A DNA stretch of 59,046 nt, counting the filler. It is 8 parts of 8 records of this genome, joined end to end, with 100 filler letters (N's around TTAATTAATTAA, not from the genome) between each part and the next. Parts side by side here need not be neighbours in the genome. Positions count along the whole stretch, not along the records: positions 27,212 to 32,409 come from SRR31156797_124966; positions 32,510 to 41,731 come from SRR31156797_124967; 6 more parts are not named here. One strand, 5' to 3'. Below the pieces are notes generated by a model. The model was not told the origin of the DNA. It made no database searches and worked only from the letters and a program-made list of their open reading frames with translations. The translations under genes were made by a program, and so were the position numbers. Position 1 is the first letter of the stretch; each line of letters starts with the position of its first letter. Of this stretch, positions 30,999 to 41,831 are shown piece after piece.

Positions 30999-32409
30999 AT
31001 GAACACGCAGAACAGGCCGCAGAATACGACCATACTACCGTGGGCATATGCTGAAGCTGTGGCAAAGCCTGAGATCGCGGAGGTCCGGAGTTTGGCAACC
31101 GGCCGCCTGTTTCCAGCACGTGATTTCATTGAGGGGCATCGCTACGACAAGATGGTGACGTTACAAATCAAAGTCCGTCATCAGATGAGGACCGCAACCA
31201 AAGACAATCCGGCACGCTTTGTTTGTCCGCAATGCGGTGTCCCGGTCTATATCTCAACCAGCACCCAGAAGCGGTTTTTCTTCAAGCATAAGATCGAAGA
31301 TGGTTCTTGTCCCGCCAAGACGCATCACCCTTTATCCTACAAGCAGATCAATGCACGAAAATATCTAGGAGCCCGCGAGAGCAGGCCGCACATTTTAGCC
31401 AAGGAACGCATTGTTCGGAGCCTTTCGGCAGATGCCGCGTTCACTAAAGTCCAGGCCGAACAACGGATTACGTCGGATTTTTCAAAACGTTGGCGGAGAC
31501 CCGATGTTCAAGCCAAGCTTGGCGATTTGAGAATTGCCTTCGAGGTTCAGCTATCGACAACTTTTCTAGACGTCGTTTTGGAGCGCCGCGAGTTCTATCG
31601 AGATGAAGGAATGCTCCTTGTTTGGATCATGCCGCGTTTTGACCCTTGGTACCGTCGTCTGACTGACGACCGTACAATCTTCATGAACAATTCAAACGTT
31701 TTGGTCGTTGACGAGGAGACTACGGCGCTATCTGAAGAAGCCAAAACGTTTCTCGTCCGCGTTGTCTATCGGAACGTAACCTTAGTCGAAGGCCGACGAG
31801 ATGAAAGGTGGGACACTGAAATTGTCCCATTTGCCGATCTGACTCTCGATATCTCAAACCAACGAGCCTTTTATTTTGACTTTGAGGGAGCGGACGCGCG
31901 TATCGAGGAGGAAATCCGACAAGCGTTTAAGAAAAAAGACGAACAATTGCGTACCCGTTTCTTCGAGATTTGGGAACAGATCGCGGATATCTCCTATGAA
32001 GATCTTGAAGCAGACAATCGAATGCAATTTCAACGAGTAGGTAACGAGCTACGAAGTCGAGGCTTGTCTTTTCCGACTTCACCATGGGAACGCGATAAAT
32101 TCCGCAGACTCGTGTGGGGATTGTTGAGCGCGAGGGAAGGCACGCCTAAAGGTTTCCGATTTGAAAAACTCGTTCAGGTCGCTCACTGCTTGTACGACAA
32201 TCAACGCGACGCCTTACTCTATTTTGGCCACACCCTACGCCACCATGGTACAGACACAATCATAAAAAAGCAGGATCGTACGAATCGTTGGAGCGACCGT
32301 TCAGTGGAAATCCGCAAAGCACTAAAGCAACGCGATCCAACCTATATGCCCGATCCCACTTGGATCGAGACGATCTTGTTCCTATTCCCCGAGATTGAGG
32401 CGAACGTCC
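30999..32409 (+). CDS. DUF6035/CoiA-like protein: Zn ribbon plus PD-(D/E)XK-type nuclease domain, 3'-truncated
   Basis: 'CPQCGVPVY...FFFKH...SCP', 'ESRPH', 'WRRPDV...IAFEVQLSTT'. Confidence 0.75.
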
Positions 32410-32510
32410 NNNNNNNNNNNNNNNNNNNNNNNNNNNNNNNNNNNNNNNNNNNNTTAATTAATTAANNNNNNNNNNNNNNNNNNNNNNNNNNNNNNNNNNN
32501 NNNNNNNNNT

Positions 32511-35500
32511 GAAGGTGAAATCGTTGTTCCTGCCGGAACACCTGTTGGCGACTACAGGATGCGTGTGCGTATGACATACAGTACAGCTCCGGTACCCTGT
32601 GGCAATGCCGCCTATGGTGAAGTTGAAGACTATACCATTCACGTTGGCGAGCCATTGGCAGCCGATGTTGGTGTAACTTCCATTGATATTCCTGCTTTTG
32701 TTGAGCCTGGTGTAGTTACACCCATGGCAACAGTTAAAAACTTTGGTGGCGAAACACAAACTTTCGATGTAACCCTTAGTGATGAGGTTCTTGATTACAG
32801 CTCTACCATGACTGTAACCAGCCTCGCAAGTGGTGAAAGTGTTCAGGTAATGTTTGATGACTGGACTGCTACCGAAGGTGTATATGTTTTTAATGCATGT
32901 ACAGAACTTGCAGGTGATGAAAATCCGGATAATGATTGTGCAACCAAGACCGTTACCGCACAATTCGCGTTTGATGTTTTTGCTTACAATGCATATGACC
33001 CAACAAGTACACTGGTTGAAGGTCCGGTAATGTTTGATCTTACAAATCCTGGTTTCGTTACACAACTCGCAGCAACCACAAGTGATCAGTTTATTGCCGG
33101 TGGCTGCTGGGCGCCTGGTGAAATGTGGTATGGTGCACAATATTTCGATGGTACGACTGGCGGTGGCCTCTGGGAAATTGATGCTGCAACAGGTGATATG
33201 ACCTTTATTGGAGGAACAGGTGATTTCACAGGGCTTGCACATGATGGTTCAACCCTCTATGCAAGTTCGATTACCGATCTATACACTGTTGATCCGCTTA
33301 CCGGAGCAGAAACACTGATCGGATCCATGGGAAATCCTGGTGCTGTGATGATCGCTATTGGTTGTAATTCATCAGGTGACCTTTATGGTTTCGACATTGT
33401 TGATGATATACTTTATATGATCGATAAAGGCACTGGTGCTGCCACAGCAATTGGTCCAATGGGTTACGATTTCAACTATGCCCAGGACATGTCATTCGAT
33501 AAAAATACAGACGTATGTTATCTTTCAGGATACACTACCACAGGTAGTTTGTACACCGTAGATGTAGCAACTGGTGCTGCAACACTTATTGCAGATTTCC
33601 AGGGTGGTTCTGAAATTACCGGCTTTGCAATTCCTTACGATTATCCTTCGTTTGATAATGACCTGGGAATTGCAGCTATCGTTTCGCCTGTTACAGGTTA
33701 TAACCTTACAGATATGGAAGACGTAACTGTTACCATCCAAAACTATGGTGAGGTTGCCCAATCTGATTTTGATGTTACCTATAGTTTTGTTACTGATAAT
33801 CCTGTTACAGAAACTGTGGCGGAAACCATTGAACCGGGTGCAACCTATGATTATACATTTACAGTTCCGGCCGACCTTTCAGCATATGGCGATTACAACT
33901 TTACGGCCTGTACTGAATTAGACGGTGATGAGAATCCGGATAACGATTGTAAAGACATGGTTGTTTCAAATCTGGAGTTTGGTGAAATTACAGGTTCAAC
34001 CAAAAATGCCAATACAAACCAGGCATTAGTTGGCGTACTTGTTGAAGCGGGTGCTTATTCAACCACATCGACAGGTGGTCCGTTTGGTGCATTCTATACA
34101 TTAGGAGACCTGCCAGCCGGCACTTATGATGTCGTTGCTTCATTAGACGGTTTCTTTGATGCAACTTATCCTGGTGTTGAAGTTTTACCTGGTGAGTCTA
34201 CTACACTTAACATTTCATTGATCCCCGATTTACCCATACCATTGCCATTTATGGAAATGTGGGATGATACTTCATTTGCAACCAATATATGGCAACTCGT
34301 ACCGGAAGAAACAAATTGGCGGTTGGATGCAGGTTTCGGAAACCCGGCTCCTTCAGCTGAGTTCTACTGGAGCCCGGGAACTGAAATGTATGATTTTTCA
34401 CTTGAAAGTCGTACACTATACGGAATTCCTGTAAAAGAAACTGAAGTTGTACTGTTTGAGTATGACCTGTATTTAGATAATTACAGCCTTGCTACTGTTG
34501 AGAGTATGGCCGCTGAAGTTTGGGACGGCACCGACTGGGTTACAGTGTATGTACACGACAACCAGGGTGACGATTTCCCATGGACTACTTTCTCACATGA
34601 TATTACAGACCTGGTAACAGGCGTGGATATCTTTAAAGTGAGATTCAGGGCATTTGGTGACGATACCTTTAACATCAACTGGTGGAACCTGGATAATATC
34701 AAGGTTTATCAGACTACCTTCGTGAATTTCTCAGGTACAATTACAGAATTGTCATCTGGAAATCCAATTGAAGGTGCAAACATCATGCTCGACAATACAC
34801 GCATTGATGTACAGACCGGTCCTGACGGTACATTTTCTGTAGATCTGGAGGCAGGTACTTACGATGTAACCCTCACAGCAGATGGTTACAATACCGTAGT
34901 AGCTGAAGGTGTTGAAATTGCAGAAGATTTTGTTTGGGATGTTGCCATGACAGCTCCAACACTGGAATTAACGCCTGCATCATTTACCGAAGAAATTGAA
35001 CAGGGCTTGAGTGAAGATTTCACAATCTCTGTTAGTAATAACGGTAATGGTCCGGCCGACTGGATGGCAAACATTCAGTTCTTATCAAAATCAGGTCGTA
35101 ATATTGTGATTCCGGAATCGACAACATCAGCGAACTCCGAATCTCATGGTGATCGTGTTAAACCTCAAGGTGAACCTACAGATGCCATGTTCGATCTGCA
35201 GTTTTCATACGATGCCGAAACAGCTTCAGGATTAACCGGCCTTGCCGGCGCTGAAACCGACGGAATGTATCTCTATGCAACAAAATGGGCAAGTAATCAA
35301 TTTGTGAAGTATGAACTTGATGGTACTTTTATCGAAATCTTTACCATTGATGGTGTTACAGGCATTAGAGATTTAGCTTTCGACGGACAGTACTTCTATG
35401 GAAGTAATGCCTCATCAACCATCTATGAGATGGACTTTACAAATTACACACTTGTAAGCACTATTGCAGCTGCAGGTCCATGTCGTGCTATCGCATATGA

Positions 35501-38500
35501 TAATATCAATGATGCATTCTGGTGTAATAACTGGGATTCACCAATGTTGCTCATAGCCCGCGATGGTTCACAACTTAACCAGATTGATGGTGTGCCAAGT
35601 ATGTATGGTGCAGCATTTGATCATCTCACAGCGGGTGGCCCATACCTGTGGTTCTTCGCTGGTACAACTACCGGTGGTGGTTGTTGGGTTGAACAATGGG
35701 ATGTTGCATCAGGTACTTTTACCGGTTTGATGCACAGTGTGAGTGATGATCTGGGTGACTTTATTGCAGGAGGACTTTTCCTCGTTGAAGATCTTGTTCC
35801 CGGAACGTACACACTCGCCGGCCTGGCTCAGGGTGCCCCAAGTTTACTCTTTGGATATGAGCTTGGTACAACTACTGAACCCTGGCTTACATTAGATATA
35901 ACCAGTGGTACACTGACAGGATCAAAAGAAACCCAGGATATTACCATGACCCTGAATACTGCTGACCTTGAATTAGGTCAAACATACTACGCTGACATTG
36001 TATTCTCTTCAACACCTGATGTTGGAGCGGTTACGGTTCCTGTAGAATTGTTTGTTGGTGGTGATCTCGGATTTATCGTAGGTATGGTTACCGATCCAAT
36101 GTCAAGAGCTGCTGTTGGCGGTGCTACAATTACCGCTGATAACGGAACAGACATGTTTAGTACCACTACCGAAGCTGATGGTTCATACTATCTGCCGGTT
36201 CTTGCCGGAACTTACGACGTTTCTGCAGATAAAGAAAACTATATGATGCAAATGGTTGAAGCAGTTGAAGTTCCTTTGGATGCAACAGTTACACAGGACT
36301 TCATGCTCGAATTTGAACCTCCTGTATTATTAACTGCTGAAGGTGGTTACTTTGATGTAGCCCTTGAATGGGAAGGTAACCCACTGTTGAGTGCAGGTGC
36401 CAAGGATGGCGGAAGAGTAACAGCATCCAATGTTCAGGAGTTTGGTTATAAAGCACCTCCAACAGGTGTTTATGATAAGTCGAAATTCCCGGATATGACC
36501 CGTCAGGGTGGCGATCTCATCGAGGATGCCACTGTAATTCCTGAGTTACCATATAACAATACAGGTACTACAGACGGATATACCAATGATTATGACGAGG
36601 TATGCCCATTCGCAAATAGTACTGCACCAGACGTGGTTTATAGCTACACACCGGCACAGGATGAGCTTCTGAGTGTTGACTTGTGTGGTTCTTCATATGA
36701 TACAAAACTGTATATCTATGAAAATGAACTTACAGCCGGTAATCCTTATGCTTGTAATGATGACGAGTATTCTGCAGGAGATCCTTGCGGTTCTTATGTA
36801 TCTGCTCTTTTTGACCTGTTTGTTACAGGTGGAAACACATACTATATCGTTGTAGACGGTTATGGAGCTAACAGCGGTGAATATATGATTGATGTTACTG
36901 CAGAGGAATATAATCCATGTGTTGTTGAATGTCCTGCAGGTGCAATTGCCGAAGGCGAAGACTGCCCAGGTGATGAATATGTTGACACCTTCAACGGTGG
37001 ATGTAATGCTGATGTTCCTGTATTCTCACCTGTAAATTGTGGTGATGTAATTTGCGGAACAGCCAGTACTTATGTATTTGGTGGATCAAACTACAGGGAT
37101 ACCGACTGGTACGAACTGGTAATTACTGAACCTCAGGTTGTTTCATTTACTGTTACAGCCGAATTCCCGGTAATTGGTGGTTTAATCGAACAGATTAATC
37201 CTGGTGTTCCGGGTTGTGAAAACATCACCGGATTTATTGAGCCGTTTGGTTCAGCCGAACCGTGTGAAGAACTTGCACTCGAAATGACACTTATTCCGGG
37301 AACATATTACTTCTTTGTTGCACCTGGCGTTTATGAAGGTTATCCCTGCGGAACTTCAAACGATTATGTTGCATCATGGACATGTTCAGAAACATTCATA
37401 AGCTATTACAACCTTTACCGCGATGGTGAAGCAATTGCAGAAGTTTATGGAACAACCTACATGGATATGGATGTGGAACCGGGTAGCACCTATTGCTACA
37501 CTGTTGACCAGGTATATGAACCTGGCATGATGACAGGCGAATCCAATGAACTATGTGCTGAAGTACTCTATGCACCTGAGATTTCAGTTAACCCTGATAT
37601 GTTGAACGAATCACTCGAACCTGGACAGACATCTTCACAGATGCTCACACTGTCTAATCTCGGACTGGGTGATCTCGAATGGACAGCAGAAGTTGTTACT
37701 GCCAAGGGCAGAACATTTGAACAACTTGGTGCTTATCCTGAAGCCACAGTTCAACAGGATGTAAGCGATGAAGCTGAAGCCGGAACAGTATTCCCAACCA
37801 ACGGACAAAATCAACCGCTGGCTGGAACCCGTGACGTCCTTTATGACAATGGTCCGCTGGTAACAGGTTCATGTGCAACCACCGGTGACCTTGAGAGTAT
37901 GATTCAGTCTCCACAGACTGCTTATGGTGTGAATTTCAACAATGGAGCATCATCTTCAGTTGCTGATGAATTTACCGTTGAAAATGAATGGACAATTGAA
38001 TCATTTGAATTCTTTGGATATCAAACCAATGGTGGCGTTCCTTCTACATTAACAGGAGCATTTGTTACAATTTGGGATGGTGATCCAATGAACGGTGGAC
38101 AGGTAATCTGGGGTGACCAGGTAACTGACCTGTTTGTTTCAACTGAATGGACAGGAATTTACAGGATCAACTCAACAGGAACATGCACAACAGCACGTGC
38201 TATTCATAAAGTTGTTGCTGATGCCGGTGGATTAGTCCTTACACCTGGAACATACTGGATCGAATGGAGTGTAACTGGTACAGCTTCATCAGGACCATGG
38301 TGTCCGCTTGTAAGTGATGTGAACCAAACTCCTGACGGTAACGGTCTGGTAAATAATGCTTCCGGTGTTTGGTCGCAATATCTTTCTGGTGGAGTTGGCG
38401 TTGAATGGCCATTTATCATCAATGGTACATCAGGCAACCCATGGTTGACTATCGACCAGTTTGGTGGTACACTTGCTCCTGACGGATCACTCGATATCAA

Positions 38501-41500
38501 TGTTGGCTTCGATGCTACTGATCTGGGCCCGGGTACATATAACGGTACCATCGCTTTCATGTCAAATGATCCGTTGATGCCAATGCTGGATGTTCCTGTT
38601 GAACTGGTTGTTTACCTGAACGAAGGTACACTGGCCGGGTATGTTACTGATGCCACATCACGTGGACCGGTTGAAGGTGTTACCATCACAGCCGACGGAA
38701 TCAGGGAATCTACTGTAACCGATGAATTTGGTTACTATGAACTCGTTCTCCCGATTGGTGACTATTCAGTTACTGCTTCAAAAGCAGGATACCTGTCACA
38801 AACAGTCGAACCGGTTACGATCGAATTCAACCAGACAACACAGCAGGACTTCATGCTTGAGTTTGCCGGTCCGGTATTGCTTTATGCAGATGGCGGAGTA
38901 GGTGAAATCAATCTGGGATGGGCTGATGAAGCATCCAGAGGTCAGACCGAGAGAATTACATCTTCAAATACTTATAAGCATGTTGATAAAACAACACCCG
39001 TAATTATATATGATAAATCAAAATATCCTGATATGACTCGTCAGGGTGGTGACCTTATTGCAGATGCTACATTAGTTGATGCACTGCCATACACAAATAC
39101 AGGTACTACCTCAGGGTATAATGATGACTATGATGAAGCTTGTACTTTAACCAGTACTTCACCGGATGTTGTGTATAGTTTCACACCGGCCGCAGATATG
39201 ATAATCGATATCGACCTGTGTGGTTCATTGTATGATACCAAGTTATTCGTTTACGAAAATGAACTTACCGCTGGTAATCCATACGCATGTGACGATGATT
39301 ATTACGGTTCCGGTGATCCTTGTGGATCATGGGTTTCAGCAATATTTGGTTTGGCTGTAACCGGTGGTAATACATATTACATTGTTGTTGATGGTTACGG
39401 TGGAGCTAGTGGAGACTATAGCATATTAGTTGATGAATATGATGAATGTGTTATTGAATGTCCTGCAGGCGCTATTGTAGATCCTGAACCATGCCCGGAA
39501 GATGAGTATGTGGATACCTATAATGGTGGTTGTAATTCCGATCCTGCCGTATTCACTTCAGTGAACTGTGGTGATGTGATCTGTGGAACAGCAAGTACAT
39601 ACTCATTCGAAGGTACAAATCGAAGAGATACCGACTGGTTCGAACTTGTTTTAACCGAACCTAAAGTGGTTTCATTTACCCTTACAGCAGAGTTCCCGTT
39701 TGTGGGCGGACTTCTTGAGCAAATTACACCTGGTGAACCAGGATGTGATAACCTGACTGGATTTATTGCTCCTTTCTTCTCAGGGAATCCTTGTGATGAG
39801 GTGAGCATAGAACTTGAACTCTTCCCGGGAACATATTACTTCTTTGTAGGATTGAGTGTATTTGAAGGTTATCCATGTGGTGCAGGTAATAATTATGTTG
39901 CATCATTGGAATGTACAGATACATTTATTTCTTACTACAATGTATTCCGTGACGGTGATCAAATAGCTCAAACCTATTTCGATACTTATACTGACATGGA
40001 TGTGTTGCCTGATGTAACTTATTGCTACACTGTCGATAAAGTGATTGAACCAGGTTTGATAACTCCTCAATCCAATGAACTTTGTGCTTCAATTCTTTGC
40101 ACCGAGGCATGTGATTACACATTCAACTTCTATGATGATTGGGGTGATAGCTGGAATGGTGCATATATCTCTGTTTATCAGGGAGGTTCATTCATTGGTG
40201 ACTTTACTCATACCTCTGGTGCCTTCAGCTCATTGATGGCAACACTTTGTGATGGTCTGGAAACCTCACTGGTTTGGACAGCAGGTGGTTATGATGAAGA
40301 ATGTGGATTTGAACTGCTTGATCCGATGGGTAATATCATTTATAGCTTTGCTATTGGTGAATTCCCGGAACCAGGTGAATTCTTCAACTTCACAACGGCA
40401 TGTCCGGAAATGATGACTCAGAATATTGTAATGGAACAAGACTGGAATGCATGGTCATCCTACGTTGATCCTCAGATGAGGATAGGTATGGAAGAAATGA
40501 TGGATCCAATTATCGATCAAATGATCATTACCCAGTACTTCTCCGAATTGTACTATCCAGAGTTTGGCATCATGACCATGGGCGACTATACTAACCAGCA
40601 CGGTTACTTTACTAAGATGAGTGAAGCCGCTACATTACCAATGACCGGTTTCATGGCTGACCCAACTGTAACTGTTCCTGCCGGATGGTCACTCTTCCCT
40701 GTACTCCAGGAATGCTCTATTGCTGCTGCAGATGTATTCAGCAATATTCCAGGTCTGGTAATCGCATGGGATCCTGTTGGTAACGGTATCTACTACCCGG
40801 CCGGCAACCTGTATACACTGGTTGATCTGAGTCCTGGCATGGCATACTGGATCAAGGTTGATGCTGAGGCATCATACACCTATCCTGGTTGTACAAAGGC
40901 GTCAGGTGCTAACAACACCTCACTGCGTCCTGTAAACAACACCAACTGGAATGATGTGAACTTTACTCCGGTTAACCACGCCGTTATTTTCGATGCAAAT
41001 GCTACTGCCGGTCTCCAGGAAGGCGACATGATTGGTGCATTTACCTCAAATAACTGGTGTGCCGGTATGGTTGAATACACAGGTGCAAACCTTGGTTTCA
41101 ACCTGTTTGGCGATGATCTGACCTCAGATATGGCCGATGGATTTGTAGAAGGCGAATCACTCACCTTCATGCTTTATCGTCCGGCTACTGAAGAAGAATT
41201 TGAAATTGATGTTACTTACGACCTGGAAGCACCTAACGCTGACGGCTTGTTCGCAATCAACGGAATTTCGGTAATTTCCGATCTGAAGCTGAGCCCGACA
41301 AGCATTGGCGAAAGCATGCTCAATGGCCTTAACATCTACCCGAATCCTTCAACAGGAGTGTTCAACATTGCCATTGGTAGTCTGGATGAAGAAATTGAAT
41401 TCGTTGTACTGAATGCTCAAGGGCAGGAAGTTTACAGCGGAAGCCTCATCGAATCTCAGCAGCTCGATCTGAGCGCAGAACCGAAAGGTGTCTATTTCAT

Positions 41501-41552
41501 CAAGTTTATTAACGAAAGTGTTCTCGGCATCGAGAAACTCGTGATCAAGTAA
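32511..41552 (+). CDS. Giant T9SS-secreted multidomain protein (>3000 aa, 5'-truncated): GEVED, CARDB-like, beta-propeller-like, carboxypeptidase-regulatory-like, BACON/Fn3-like, PPC-like and Cys-rich modules, T9SS CTD
   Basis: 'YGEVEDYT'; two 'ACTEL.GDENPDNDC'; 'LPAGTYDV' repeats; C-terminal 'NIYPNPSTGVFNI...KGVYFIK...KLVIK'. Confidence 0.9.
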   Translation, partial: EGEIVVPAGTPVGDYRMRVRMTYSTAPVPCGNAAYGEVEDYTIHVGEPLAADVGVTSIDIPAFVEPGVVTPMATVKNFGGETQTFDVTLSDEVLDYSSTMTVTSLASGESVQVMFDDWTATEGVYVFNACTELAGDENPDNDCATKTVTAQFAFDVFAYNAYDPTSTLVEGPVMFDLTNPGFVTQLAATTSDQFIAGGCWAPGEMWYGAQYFDGTTGGGLWEIDAATGDMTFIGGTGDFTGLAHDGSTLYASSITDLYTVDPLTGAETLIGSMGNPGAVMIAIGCNSSGDLYGFDIVDDILYMIDKGTGAATAIGPMGYDFNYAQDMSFDKNTDVCYLSGYTTTGSLYTVDVATGAATLIADFQGGSEITGFAIPYDYPSFDNDLGIAAIVSPVTGYNLTDMEDVTVTIQNYGEVAQSDFDVTYSFVTDNPVTETVAETIEPGATYDYTFTVPADLSAYGDYNFTACTELDGDENPDNDCKDMVVSNLEFGEITGSTKNANTNQALVGVLVEAGAYSTTSTGGPFGAFYTLGDLPAGTYDVVASLDGFFDATYPGVEVLPGESTTLNISLIPDLPIPLPFMEMWDDTSFATNIWQLVPEETNWRLDAGFGNPAPSAEFYWSPGTEMYDFSLESRTLYGIPVKETEVVLFEYDLYLDNYSLATVESMAAEVWDGTDWVTVYVHDNQGDDFPWTTFSHDITDLVTGVDIFKVRFRAFGDDTFNINWWNLDNIKVYQTTFVNFSGTITELSSGNPIEGANIMLDNTRIDVQTGPDGTFSVDLEAGTYDVTLTADGYNTVVAEGVEIAEDFVWDVAMTAPTLELTPASFTEEIEQGLSEDFTISVSNNGNGPADWMANIQFLSKSGRNIVIPESTTSANSESHGDRVKPQGEPTDAMFDLQFSYDAETASGLTGLAGAETDGMYLYATKWASNQFVKYELDGTFIEIFTIDGVTGIRDLAFDGQYFYGSNASSTIYEMDFTNYTLVSTIAAAGPCRAIAYDNINDAFWCNNWDSPMLLIARDGSQLNQIDGVPSMYGAAFDHLTAGGPYLWFFAGTTTGGGCWVEQWDVASGTFTGLMHSVSDDLGDFIAGGLFLVEDLVPGTYTLAGLAQGAPSLLFGYELGTTTEPWLTLDITSGTLTGSKETQDITMTLNTADLELGQTYYADIVFSSTPDVGAVTVPVELFVGGDLGFIVGMVTDPMSRAAVGGATITADNGTDMFSTTTEADGSYYLPVLAGTYDVSADKENYMMQMVEAVEVPLDATVTQDFMLEFEPPVLLTAEGGYFDVALEWEGNPLLSAGAKDGGRVTASNVQEFGYKAPPTGVYDKSKFPDMTRQGGDLIEDATVIPELPYNNTGTTDGYTNDYDEVCPFANSTAPDVVYSYTPAQDELLSVDLCGSSYDTKLYIYENELTAGNPYACNDDEYSAGDPCGSYVSALFDLFVTGGNTYYIVVDGYGANSGEYMIDVTAEEYNPCVVECPAGAIAEGEDCPGDEYVDTFNGGCNADVPVFSPVNCGDVICGTASTYVFGGSNYRDTDWYELVITEPQVVSFTVTAEFPVIGGLIEQINPGVPGCENITGFIEPFGSAEPCEELALEMTLIPGTYYFFVAPGVYEGYPCGTSNDYVASWTCSETFISYYNLYRDGEAIAEVYGTTYMDMDVEPGSTYCYTVDQVYEPGMMTGESNELCAEVLYAPEISVNPDMLNESLEPGQTSSQMLTLSNLGLGDLEWTAEVVTAKGRTFEQLGAYPEATVQQDVSDEAEAGTVFPTNGQNQPLAGTRDVLYDNGPLVTGSCATTGDLESMIQSPQTAYGVNFNNGASSSVADEFTVENEWTIESFEFFGYQTNGGVPSTLTGAFVTIWDGDPMNGGQVIWGDQVTDLFVSTEWTGIYRINSTGTCTTARAIHKVVADAGGLVLTPGTYWIEWSVTGTASSGPWCPLVSDVNQTPDGNGLVNNASGVWSQYLSGGVGVEWPFIINGTSGNPWLTIDQFGGTLAPDGSLDINVGFDATDLGPGTYNGTIAFMSNDPLMPMLDVPVELVVYLNEGTLAGYVTDATSRGPVEGVTITADGIRESTVTDEFGYYELVLPIGDYSVTASKAGYLSQTVEPVTIEFNQTTQQDFMLEFAGPVLLYADGGVGEINLGWADEASRGQTERITSSNTYKHVDKTTPVIIYDKSKYPDMTRQGGDLIADATLVDALPYTNTGTTSGYNDDYDEACTLTSTSPDVVYSFTPAADMIIDIDLCGSLYDTKLFVYENELTAGNPYACDDDYYGSGDPCGSWVSAIFGLAVTGGNTYYIVVDGYGGASGDYSILVDEYDECVIECPAGAIVDPEPCPEDEYVDTYNGGCNSDPAVFTSVNCGDVICGTASTYSFEGTNRRDTDWFELVLTEPKVVSFTLTAEFPFVGGLLEQITPGEPGCDNLTGFIAPFFSGNPCDEVSIELELFPGTYYFFVGLSVFEGYPCGAGNNYVASLECTDTFISYYNVFRDGDQIAQTYFDTYTDMDVLPDVTYCYTVDKVIEPGLITPQSNELCASILCTEACDYTFNFYDDWGDSWNGAYISVYQGGSFIGDFTHTSGAFSSLMATLCDGLETSLVWTAGGYDEECGFELLDPMGNIIYSFAIGEFPEPGEFFNFTTACPEMMTQNIVMEQDWNAWSSYVDPQMRIGMEEMMDPIIDQMIITQYFSELYYPEFGIMTMGDYTNQHGYFTKMSEAATLPMTGFMADPTVTVPAGWSLFPVLQECSIAAADVFSNIPGLVIAWDPVGNGIYYPAGNLYTLVDLSPGMAYWIKVDAEASYTYPGCTKASGANNTSLRPVNNTNWNDVNFTPVNHAVIFDANATAGLQEGDMIGAFTSNNWCAGMVEYTGANLGFNLFGDDLTSDMADGFVEGESLTFMLYRPATEEEFEIDVTYDLEAPNADGLFAINGISVISDLKLSPTSIGESMLNGLNIYPNPSTGVFNIAIGSLDEEIEFVVLNAQGQEVYSGSLIESQQLDLSAEPKGVYFIKFINESVLGIEKLVIK

Positions 41553-41573
41553 ACTTTGGTGAATACCAAATAG

Positions 41574-41608
41574 AAAAGCCCTGGCCTTTGCGTCAGGGCT
41601 TTTTTTTT
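41574..41608 (+). terminator. Intrinsic terminator
   Basis: AAAAGCCCTG-loop-CAGGGC followed by T9, about 20 nt after the stop. Confidence 0.85.
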
Positions 41609-41831
41609 GCTGTCAAATACAACTACTTTTTTGCTGTTTTCCGGAAAAAGCGAAGTAGTTTCTTAGCTTAGGATGACACAAGTTTTTAAAGGTTTTGCAC
41701 AGTGAGGTGGGGGGGGGGGGGGGGGGGGGGGNNNNNNNNNNNNNNNNNNNNNNNNNNNNNNNNNNNNNNNNNNNNTTAATTAATTAANNNNNNNNNNNNN
41801 NNNNNNNNNNNNNNNNNNNNNNNNNNNNNNN

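Noticed and set aside
32454-33242. Cys-rich 262-aa minus-strand ORF
   Set aside because: Antisense shadow of the giant T9SS gene; cysteines come from reversed ACA/GCA codons
41709-41731. Run of 23 G
   Set aside because: At a contig end; typical two-colour sequencing no-signal artefact, not a G-quadruplex or phase-variable tract
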